This document shows, piece by piece, positions 41,000-51,384 of a DNA stretch of 64,000 nt; position 1 is the first letter of the stretch; the number at the start of each line of letters is the position of its first letter. The stretch is from the NCBI RefSeq assembly GCF_000315625.1, contig NW_005434504.1, positions 36,617 to 100,616 of the forward strand, written 5' to 3'. The notes beneath the pieces were generated by a model. It was given only the letters and a program-made list of their open reading frames with translations. It ran no database searches and was not told where the DNA came from. The translations under genes and the position numbers were made by a program. The stretch is from Guillardia theta CCMP2712. Lineage: Eukaryota; Protista; Cryptophyta.

Positions 41000-42706
41000 A
41001 TGTATATTCTCTTGTTCGTGGCGGGGTTGGTCCTCGTGCTGGTGGTAGAGCGGGTGGTTCACTCTGTTCTGTCGCTGGTGGTGGACCGCTCGATGCGCCC
41101 TACCAAGAGGTATGCCTCCATGTCTCTCGTGGGCACGTTCTTCCAGAACATCTTTGCTTACTTTTTCTTCGCCTTCAATGTCCTGGCGATGACGCTGGGT
41201 TTCATCGCGCGGAACCTTCTCTGGTTTGGATTCCTGGTGCTGGTCATGGCAGTTCTCAGCATGGTGTTGGACTTTGCTCCCGGGTTGGTTGCCGAGTATG
41301 TGTACGTTTACAACGCCGGGCTGGGGACCTACATTCACTTCTTCATTGTCCTACCGGTTCAGTTAGTGGAGTTGCTGTTTAGCCATGTCACCGCGCTGTA
41401 CAACTGCGTCACTTGGATCGTGAATGGGGTGTTCCTGTCGGTGCTGGCCCCGTCCTTCCTTGCGGACAACGTGAATGTCGGATGGCTCCCTAGGTTCGGC
41501 ACGTCTTTCTTCAAGTTCTCGGGTGAAATGGTCCTGTCGATCTCGTCATACCTTGTCAATGTGATGGCGTGCGCGACGAACCCCCTCGGCGGGGTGCCCA
41601 GAGGCGGCACCGGCAGCTTCTTGATCCTGAACGCGACGGGTTCGGTGGAGTGCTTCGAGCCCGGCATGATCAATCTCGACCTTATAACGCCTGCGGGCAG
41701 CTTCCGCGATATGTGTCTCTACATGGCAAGGTTCGTGGTGTTCTCCTGCCCCGCTGCGAATGCGGTCATTGATTTACTAACATTCCCGCTGAGCGATATG
41801 AACCTGTACAAGGGCATCCATTGTATCGTGAACGCGCTTTTGGGTCTGTTCGTCCAGCTCCCCTTCGTAACCCTGCACCGCTGCCGGTTCGGTGCGACGC
41901 TCCCGATGCTCGGCGTGCACCAGCGCATCCTGTGCGCCCCGGACTTCCGCCCGGCGATGGATCTTTCGGTAGCTGGGGCTAGGTTTATGGGCAGGGTGGT
42001 CGATAATTGGTTGGACTCTTCGCTGGTGATCCTGGAGACGCTTTTCACCGGCTCCGCGCCGCAGTGCGACCCCGTCCCCATCCCCCTGAGCTACAGCGAT
42101 GATGACTCCCGGGCGCTTTTCGGGGGCAACTTCCGCGCGGTGGTGGGGCTGACTCCGGGGATGTACGCGGTGACGGATGGGATCAGCACGGAGTATAACA
42201 TCTTCTACAAGCAGGTGACAAGGGAGATTGCTTACAGGAACTGGCCCTTTCCTGTCGAACCGGCGTACGGCATCGCGGCGGTCAAGTACGGGGAGCTGCC
42301 CGAGGGCGATGTGGCGGGAGACCTGACGACGGGGATGCTGGGGTGCGAGTGCCTGGACGTCCCCGGCGTAGGGGCGCAGATCACCTGTGCGATCGTCCCG
42401 TACCTCTCCGGGAACAACATACCCTCCACCACGGGCTCCGTGGCTTCGGTGATCCAGGAATACCTCACCTCCAACACCGTGGAGCAGGCGGTGAACTCGA
42501 GCAACGCGACGCAGCGCATCCCGGTGACCTTTTCTGTGCCCTCTTCGAGCCAGTACGCGACCTGCAAGAGGCTGAAGATCCAGGTGGAGTCGCTCAGGTG
42601 GCCCGCGACGAGGGTGTCTGCAACGAGCACTAGCCCCGGTCCTTGGAATCAGGTGGGTGGAGCGGCCCAGGTGAATGTCCTGGATGTGGCCAGGGGGGTA
42701 GGGGCG
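41000..42706 (+). pseudogene. Large multi-pass membrane protein, 3'-truncated by the satellite
   Basis: ATG at 41000 (MYILLFVAGL); the ORF runs into the satellite at 42707 with no stop of its own. Confidence 0.75.
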
Positions 42707-45100
42707 CCTCGAAAAAAATCCTATACGTATAAATACGTTGCAAGTTTTTCTTCCCGGCTTCTCTCCCATATCATTTTATACCTCCCCGCGACCCCTCGGC
42801 TCAAGAGGCTCATAACCTGTTTCCACGGGCCCGGACGGCCCGCACGGGCCTGGAGCTCGCCGGAGAGGCCCGGAATATGCCCAAAGGATGTCAATCAGGC
42901 CGATCCAAAGCAAAGAGACATAATCAGGACTTTTTGGAGAGATTTCCGATCAATTAGTACATGAACTGGTTTATAGGTAGAAAAACCCTGGATTTTCAAC
43001 TCAATTTCCAGTTGAGTTTCGACCTCGAAAAAAATCCTATACGTATAAATACGTTGCAAGTTTTTTCTTCCCGGCTTCTCTCCCATATCATTTTATACCT
43101 CCCCGCGACCCCTCGGCTCAAGAGGCTCATAACCTGTTTCCACGGGCCCGGACGGCCCGGACGGGCCTGGAGCTCGCCGGAGAGGCCCGGAATATGCCCA
43201 AAGGATGTCAATCAGGCCGATCCAAAGCAAAGAGACATAATCAGGACTTTTTGGAGAGATTTCCGATCAATTAGTACATGAACTGGTTTATAGGTAGAAA
43301 AACCCTGGATTTTCAACTCAATTTCCAGTTGAGTTTCGACCTCGAAAAAAATCCTATACGTATAAATACGTTGCAAGTTTTTTCTTCCCGGCATCTCTCC
43401 CATATCATTTTATACCTCCCCGCGACCCCTCGGCTCAAGAGGCTCATAACCTGTTTCCACGGGCCCGGACGGCCCGCACGGGCCTGGAGCTCGCCGGAGA
43501 GGCCCGGAATATGCCCAAAGGATGTCAATCAGGCCGATCCAAAGCAAAGAGACATAATCAGGACTTTTTGGAGAGATTTCCGATCAATCTGGTTTATAGG
43601 TAGAAAAACCCTGGATTTTCAACTCAATTTCCAGTTGAGTTTCGACCTCGAAAAAAATCCTATACGTATAAATACGTTGCAAGTTTTTTCTTCCCGGCTT
43701 CTCTCCCATATCATTCTATACCTCCCCGCGACCCCTCGGCTCAAGAGGCTCATAACCTGTTTCCACGGGCCCGGACGGCCCGCACGGGCCTGGAGCTCGC
43801 CGGAGAGGCCCGGAATATGCCCAAAGGATGTCAATCAGGCCGATCCAAAGCAAAGAGACATAATCAGGACTTTTTGGAGAGATTTCCGATCAATCTGGTT
43901 TATAGGTAGAAAAACCCTGGATTTTCAACTCAATTTCCAGTTGAGTTTCGACCTCGAAAAAAATCCTATACGTATAAATACGTTGCAAGTTTTTTCTTCC
44001 CGGCTTCTCTCCCATATCATTTTATACCTCCCCGCGACCCCTCGGCTCAAGAGGCTCATAACCTGTTTCCACGGGCCCGGACGGCCCGGACGGGCCTGGA
44101 GCTCGCCGGAGAGGCCCGGAATATGCCCAAAGGATGTCAATCAGGCCGATCCAAAGCAAAGAGACATAATCAGGACTTTTTGGAGAGATTTCCGATCAAT
44201 TAGTACATGAACTGGTTTATAGGTAGAAAAACCCTGGATTTTCAACTCAATTTCCAGTTGAGTTTCGACCTCGAAAAAAATCCTATACGTATAAATACGT
44301 TGCAAGTTTTTTCTTCCCGGCTTCTCTCCCTTGACTCATTTTATACCTCCCCGCGACCCCTCGGCTCAAGAGGCTCATAACCTGTTTCCACGGGCCCGGA
44401 CGGCCCGCACGGGCCTGGAGCTCGCCGGAGAGGCCCGGAATATGCCCAAAGGATGTCAATCAGGCCGATCCAAAGCAAAGAGACATAATCAGGACTTTTT
44501 GGAGAGATTTCCGATCAATTAGTACATGAACTGGTTTATAGGTAGAAAAACCCTGGATTTTCAACTCAATTTCCAGTTGAGTTTCGACCTCGAAAAAAAT
44601 CCTATACGTATAAATACGTTGCAAGTTTTTTCTTCCCGGCATCTCTCCCACAGGTTTATAGGTAGAAAAACCCTGGATTTTCAACTCAATTTCCAGTTGA
44701 GTTTCGACCTCGAAAAAAATCCTATACGTATAAATACGTTGCAAGTTTTTTCTTCCCGGCTTCTCTCCCATATCATTCTATACCTCCCCGCGACCCCTCG
44801 GCTCAAGAGGCTCATAACCTGTTTCCACGGGCCCGGACGGCCCGCACGGGCCTGGAGCTCGCCGGAGAGGCCCGGAATATGCCCAAAGGATGTCAATCAG
44901 GCCGATCCAAAGCAAAGAGACATAATCAGGACTTTTTGGAGAGATTTCCGATCAATTAGTACATGAACTGGTTTATAGGTAGAAAAACCCTGGATTTTCA
45001 ACTCAATTTCCAGTTGAGTTTCGACCTCGAAAAAAATCCTATACGTATAAATACGTTGCAAGTTTTTTCTTCCCGGCATCTCTCCCACAGGTTTATAGGT
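42707..45100. repeat. Tandem satellite array (317, 306, 319 and 120-bp unit variants)
   Basis: GGTTTATAGG at 42968, 43285, 43591, 43897, 44214, 44533, 44653, 44970 and 45090; units nearly identical. Confidence 0.98.
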
Positions 45101-46350
45101 TTGGACAAGGCAGTATGGCAAGGCTGATGTCCTTGCGAGAGCATATCATCGTGTCTTCGCACAGGTGTACCGATTGCGGCATGTCAGCTAGTGGTACTCC
45201 AACGAGGGTTGAAGTGCGAGATGCCATCAAGGAGGAGATGAAGGTAATGGAGGAGAAGATGGATGTAAAGATGAAGGTAATCGAGGAGAAGATGGATGAG
45301 AAGATGAAGGTAATCGAGGAGAAGATGAAAGAACTGGACCACAAGTTTGACGATTTCAAAACTGTGATCAGGGACGAACTGCGAACGAATTTAGGTTTTG
45401 TTGCTGGATGGAGGAGGGATGTACCAGGTCCCAGTGGAGGGCAGGTTACATCTGGAAGCATGGACTTCACAGATGCTTTCCGCATCGTCATGCAACAGGT
45501 TGCCAATATAGGACAACAGGTGCAGCAGATGGGCAATATAGGGGAGCAGGTGCAGGCCGCCGTGGGTGAAGCTATGCGACAGATGGTACTGGATGGAGCA
45601 GGCCATGTTATGATGGCACATGGGGTGAGCAACGTGATGGCAGATGCTGACTCGAATGGAAGATTGAATGAGAGTGAATCGGAGGAAGGTGCAGAAGTGA
45701 GCAGGGAGGGGACACCGGAGAGGAATGCGGTGCTGGTTTCATCACCAGGACTGGGGGATGATGGCAACGGTGAGATACAAGTTGGAGGGGATGACTTCGA
45801 ATGGGAAGGATGGGGGCCTGGCAGACACATGGTCCCGTTGGCTTGGCGATTTCCTTTGAGGTGCAGAGTTCGAAATATGTTCATGTGGTGGAATTTGGGG
45901 CAAGATGTCATCGTGGAAGGACAAGTGAGGAGGATTCGGCCCTTAAAGCACCTCAGTCAGGTTCCTTTCTCCGCAGACGTGAAGGATGAGAACACGAGGA
46001 AGAATGTGTACAAAGCATATCTTGTGATGACCATGGTGGAAAATATATGCCGAGAGCAAGGAGTACTGCAAGGAAATGAGGGGATTATGCCTCACAACTT
46101 CTGTCAGTGTTACAGAACAGGTTTCCGTACGCTAGTGGAAAGGGCGTACGGAGATGATGCATGGACGGCGATGGCACAGAGAAAGAGGTACTCGCAATAC
46201 TCATACATCACATACTACAAGCACTTGGTGGAATATCGCCAGCAGGTTCGTATTGAGATGTCACTGGCAGTTGAAGACCATCAGGTAGAGGCGAATAGAA
46301 ATAGTGAGAGTGGACAAAGGACGTATGCAGACATTCTCCAGAGCACGTAG
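45101..46350 (+). mobile_element. 5'-truncated Crypton-like (tyrosine-recombinase transposon) ORF, C-terminal part only
   Basis: GMSASGTP (cf. ATGIPP), a coiled coil, then WGPGRHMVPLAWRFP...MFMWWNLG...IRPLKHL, as recalled for stramenopile-type Crypton C-termini; the recombinase domain is absent. Confidence 0.5.
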
Positions 46351-47871
46351 TGTAGAGAATTTACAGTTCGTTCCTGAATGAAATCATTGTTGAGTTGATA
46401 CATCTGTGTTAAGCCCTCATGTGGAAATGGAATGTTGGAAAGAATGAGTCTCGCTACGATGCCAAAGCGATGGTAGGTTGTGATGATATACTCAAGGGTA
46501 CTTTTTGGGATGATGATGACAATGAGAGCAACAGACAATGCAGTTGATCAGGTATCATACTGCACTGCAAATCAAGGGGATGGTGGATAATGTGACAGGG
46601 AAGGGATGCCGGAGTATGCTTTGTTGGAGTTGAGGTTGTGAGATGCCGTGGTATCAGCTGCCATCTGGCATGTTGGTGATGGATGGTGATGGATGGTGAT
46701 GGAGGAGACATTCGCATGAATCACTGTCTTGATGACAAGCTAAACATGATCTGTGGAGTGCATATTGTCATGTACGGCATTATGGATTTTCATGCACTGA
46801 TGCCAAGCTGGATTCAGGGTCAGTTATGTTCCAAAAGGAACGTTGCGTGTCAACCATATTCCACAGTAATGCATATCGTCAGGTGTTACAGGTTCATGAT
46901 CATGGGGGCGAATGAGGGGTGACATGGAGTTTGAAGCTCAGGGGTTTATCATGATTGGAGAGATGTTACTTCTTTGGCATTGACCACATCTAGATGCTGC
47001 ATATTGATGAGTGATGACAACGTTCCCACCACCATCAGTGAATTGTCTGCACACTGGAGTGCAAGGCTGTGACGGTTCAGTGCAAGTCCGAGACGGGACA
47101 GTCAAACCATGAGCAAAGCCAGCATGTGCGACTTGAGCACTATCGGACTTCAAAGGCAAGTCAACCTTGAATTTGAGCTGTCGTCTTGATACTTGGAGGG
47201 AAGATCGGGAGCCTGGATTCAGGGGTCATGTGATGGGTGAGGAGGTGTTCCGACGCCCACAAGTACCTGACCAAGGCGAATGCGCAACCGCAACGATCCG
47301 CCATGAAAACAACGCCGAAATGGCTAAGTGTGAAAGACCTGGTACAAATTTGTACCAGGCATGTGTACCATGATTGTCGTGGAACTTGAGTGAAATCTCT
47401 GGATATCCGGTACAGTCCTTTTGTACCAGTAAATACGTCCTACAACAGTAATAAAATGCGCCTCTTTTTTTTTCGTGAAGTATAACCCTTTTTAAGTTAG
47501 CGCCCTTATGAGCTCAATGCTTTTATTTCTGCGCGTTTATGTCGAATTCCCCCTTGATTTATACGTTCAAATTTAAGGCCACCAAATATATAACCGTTGT
47601 CTATAACATTTTTCAAAATAAATCAATAAATGTTTTTTTTTGGGTTTTTCCTCGCGCCCTAGCGCCCAACATTTTTGGGTTTTTCCTCGCACCCTAGCGC
47701 CCAACCTCCTACCCATAAAATGAAGGAGAAAATATTTACTCAACTCTTACCTCCCTGCAGGACAAAACTTTATGCTCATGTCCTGCTTCTGTCAGACACT
47801 TGTTTATTTCCTCCTTGAGGAATCACATGGATCAGCATTACCTTTGAGTGTGCTTCTGCGGCCAGTGAGAA

Positions 47872-49038
47872 ATGAAATGTTTTGTATTACCTGTAAGATG
47901 CAGGCTTTGGCATCAGTTGCTGTTGTTGGGGACTCTTCTGATTCATTTGTATATATCATTCCGCACATTTTGTGCAGTGGGACATAATTTTCGGATATCA
48001 AACATGTCTTCCACGTTCGTTGTGTCGTCATCACAATTGTCAGAAAATATCTCGCACTGGCTAGAAAAGGATTTTTGGAAGCAAACACACGATTACGATT
48101 TTGCTCGCTTCCGCGATTGCAGCGGCAGAGACAGACGACCTTCGTATCCCTTCGTATCTGGTGATGGCTTCAGAGCTTTGTGTAAGCACAGGTGTGAATG
48201 TAATGGCTGCAATTTTCAACCTTCTGATGTGCTTCATGGGGATTGTATATATATCTCTACGACGAATGAGCGAATCGAGACTACAACTCAGTATCTCATG
48301 GATTTTGCAAGGATTGCAATTCACATCTCTCATCCTTTTTCAGTTATTACACACAATGGTGATCTTAGTACTCCTGACGGAGATGAATGGCACGTTGGGG
48401 AGTCCCCAATTTACAGACATAACTGTGGGCATCTATTGAAACTTCCTTTGATGTTTCGTTGGTTCGCTTCCAATTGCAATACACAGAGCAAGACGTACTC
48501 CAACAAAGTTGTTTGTATCCCTATTGGCATAGAAAACAGGTACAACAGTGTTGGAAAATCTCCAGAAGCTTACTTTCGCCTCATGAAAGAAAATTACCAT
48601 ATCAAACCTGCTAAAACACTTCTGGTCGCCTTCAAAGAATCCCCTGTCAAACCATTTCGCTCCCAGGCTTTGAAGGAGTTAAATGCTCCATGGATCACAA
48701 AGGGGCAATACTCTCGCAATGAATGGCTGAGACAGGTGTCGAATCACAAATGGATTGTTTGTCCGATAGGTCATGGTCTTGATACTCATCGAACATGGGA
48801 GGTGTTGCTGATGAGGAGATACCCTGTCGTGTTGTCGTGCAATTTGGATAGCGTTTTTCACGGACTGCCGGTTCTAATTGTGCAGTCGTGGCATGACATC
48901 AATCAAACATATCTGGACGAAATGTACTCACATTATCAACAGAAGCAATTCAATATGGAGAAACTTTTTCATAATTTCTGGGAACGAATGATTTCTTCTA
49001 CTGTAGAGATGAATGATACTACGAGGATGAGTAAATGA
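47872..49038 (+). CDS. Exostosin/GT47-like glycosyltransferase, type II membrane protein
   Basis: N-terminal TM; SGDGFR, ITHNGD, IPIGIEN, CPIGHGLDTHRTWEVLLM and LPVLIVQSW motifs. Confidence 0.8.
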   Translation: MKCFVLPVRCRLWHQLLLLGTLLIHLYISFRTFCAVGHNFRISNMSSTFVVSSSQLSENISHWLEKDFWKQTHDYDFARFRDCSGRDRRPSYPFVSGDGFRALCKHRCECNGCNFQPSDVLHGDCIYISTTNERIETTTQYLMDFARIAIHISHPFSVITHNGDLSTPDGDEWHVGESPIYRHNCGHLLKLPLMFRWFASNCNTQSKTYSNKVVCIPIGIENRYNSVGKSPEAYFRLMKENYHIKPAKTLLVAFKESPVKPFRSQALKELNAPWITKGQYSRNEWLRQVSNHKWIVCPIGHGLDTHRTWEVLLMRRYPVVLSCNLDSVFHGLPVLIVQSWHDINQTYLDEMYSHYQQKQFNMEKLFHNFWERMISSTVEMNDTTRMSK

Positions 49039-49189
49039 TATACAGAGAAGAGCGAGGGCACATAATGTAGATTGTTTCCACATCCGGTTTCATCCAGGAT
49101 GTGTAGGATGTTCGATCAGGACCTCATGCTGCAGCATTCCTCAGCAGACAACTCTCTACAAGTGAAGTAATTAACAAGTTTTACTTGAA

Positions 49190-49943
49190 CTTAAAGAGTG
49201 TTGGCGGAGATTAGGGCTTTGATGTCTTCCCACAACTCTCCGTCGAGTTCCTCATCGGGGATGTTTAGGACGTCGGAGTTCTGGTGCGATTGGCGTAGGC
49301 GGGATCTTATATGCTTCGAGCCTTTGCAAAAATACCTGGATTTTGGAAGGGATCATGTCGATTGCATTGCGAAAATTGCTTTCTTCCACTTCTCGTCGAT
49401 CTATCCCATGCTCAGGCTTGCCAACTGACGCGCCGTGCATGTTTGCTGTACTTTCTCGCAGTTGCCTTCGCCTCCTCCTCTCACCATGGGCTCGTTCTTG
49501 TTTTACTTCCTGTGGCACACTGTATGGTATTCGGGTTTTTGTTGTCTTTGTATCCTCTTTCTTTCTTCGCGCTGTATGCGCTCATTTTCCTGACGTTGGA
49601 TGGTTCGCGCTTCTGATTGCCACCTGCGCTCACGCCTTGATGGTGCTTCCGGGGCCGATGGTTCTGGTGCTGCATAGTGGTGCGTTCCGTTTTCTTCCAT
49701 CTCTCGAATGCGATGATACCGTGTCCATGCTAAATAATGGAGCTTATACCGTATGTCATCGTTTGCATGCTGGATAAAGCGGTGCAATGATGGGATTGGA
49801 ATTATGGAGACGTTGTCAGGGATGTATTGCTTGACGTCGTCCCAGATTTCACCATCTAGTGCTTTATTGTTGTCGTTGATCGTGGTTGGGTCATTCTGGA
49901 AACAATGATTGTCGTTAGGAGTAACTGCGAACCGGTGGGACAT
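49190..49943 (-). pseudogene. Degenerate homologue of the 30972-31862 repeat protein
   Basis: LDGEIWDDVKQYIPDN and NSDVLNIPDEELDGELWEDIKALISAN occur in separate broken ORF pieces. Confidence 0.75.
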
Positions 49944-50016
49944 ACGGTAAGTTATTCGACTGGAGGGCAGTGAGCTCGTTTTATATCGTCAATGCTTTGT
50001 TGTATAAACCGTGTTT

Positions 50017-50457
50017 TTACCCTCCTCCCCAGAGCTTCTGATAGGATAGGACATTTTTCTGGAACATCTCGGTCACAACCAGCGTGATTATGAGGGTGAG
50101 GACGAGGAAGTTGATGACGAACTGCTTCATGGCCGTGACGGTGTGCATGTACAAGCCCACACGGTCGTTGATGATGTCCGGTAGCATGTAGATGGCGAAT
50201 AGCGCGAAGATGAAGTAGCCAGTTGTATGAGAGGATGTAGCTGTACGGTGTGATGCTCTCCGATGGTACGGCCGTGAACACAAGTGCAACCAGGATGAAG
50301 ATCTGTGCGTAGCTGATGATATCCTTGTAGCCCTGGTAGTACTCGTACACGCTGCTCGTCTCGAGCTTGAGGTCGTCAGAGAGGCGGAGGGAGCGGGTCC
50401 AATAGAACGTCATCCAGTCGCCCGAGGTGCTGATCACCGTGTAGAACATGACAAGCG
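50017..50457 (-). pseudogene. Frameshifted 3' fragment homologous to the 29221-30861 membrane protein
   Basis: DWMTFYWTRSLRL...YQGYKD...FTAVPSESITPYSYIL and YMLPDIINDR...HTVTAMKQ match; frameshift near 50218. Confidence 0.9.
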
Positions 50458-51384
50458 TAAAGTCCGATATGGGAGTTTTAATGCTCGTACCATTTGGCAT
50501 CATCCAGTACTACAGCTGGAGTGGGTCTGAGTATTGGAACCCTGAAAGTTTTATGGGATATTCAAAATGTCACATGTACCGAGTGTAGTAGTGGATCAAC
50601 ATTACAGACTACTTCAATGTTTGTGTAATACTCTCAGTCGTGTTATCTCACATATGTGAATTACTCCCGGAGTGCCAATTTTTAGTAAAACAAATCTATC
50701 TACTGTCAGTGTGGAGTTGTGCACTTAAAATTGTAAGTTATAGTTATTGATTGAGAATTGATCACATACGCAATTCTCCAACTTCCGATAACGGACCGCA
50801 CTAAAGGCTAGACTTAGCTTTCATCGTCAACGAAGTCAGGCAATGGGGATTATCTACGAAAAGAATCGAGTGGATCATTTCTTCCCCTTCAAGTTCAAGT
50901 CGACTTCGTTGGCTCCGTCCGATCGGCGGGATGATGACGGTGCTGAACAGCCATTTCCCCTGCTACACACCGTGCAGTAGTAGTCTTACGGGCAGGAGAG
51001 CCCGGAAGACTATTGCTCGAAGTTGCTCATCGGGTTTTGGGGGGGGAAGCTCCCGGGATGTTAGGCCGGCGGTACCGAGCCCGTATTTATCAATATCAAG
51101 ACAGGAGCTGTTGGTCGCATCGAAGGTTAAGCCGGGCTCGTACTCGCAGTGGTAGGTTCCAACCAGGTCGATTCAGACGGAGTTTTCGAAGCAAGGGTCT
51201 CCCGCGCATGCCAGAGGCAGAGGCCGGTGTCGGGGCCTTCGCCGTAGACTTCAATGCAGCTGCACCCAATATTTCCAACCGTATCATCAGACTGTCAATC
51301 CGTTCGATGACGCTAATGTTTCAGCTTAGCAGTGCGTTTGCTTTTCACAACGGTCTGTTACATATTAACTGGTATTTGCATCCT

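Larger units (their letters stand above)
39573..41045 (+). repeat. Diverged tandem duplication (39573-40243 and 40244-41045)
   Basis: An ~85-bp upstream block and an ~260-bp downstream block are each repeated at high identity. Confidence 0.9.
796..42706. mobile_element. Putative endogenous fragment of a large eukaryotic dsDNA virus (lineage unassigned), inserted in a satellite unit
   Basis: About 40 tightly packed intronless ORFs, mostly ORFans, with short A/T-tract intergenics and a shared upstream motif; FEN1-like and permuted NlpC/P60 genes; both ends truncate ORFs at satellite junctions. No hallmark capsid or polymerase gene seen. Confidence 0.7.

Noticed and set aside
3743-42769. Numerous long overlapping antisense or alternative-frame ORFs
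   Set aside because: Shadow frames of GC3-rich genes.
42707-45100. CRISPR array
   Set aside because: Units are 120-319 bp head-to-tail with no unique short spacers, and there are no cas genes.
42961-45121. Repeated ORFs (63-310 aa) in the satellite, also at 378-694
   Set aside because: By-products of the repeat; the 310-aa frame exists only because the 306-bp variant is a multiple of three.
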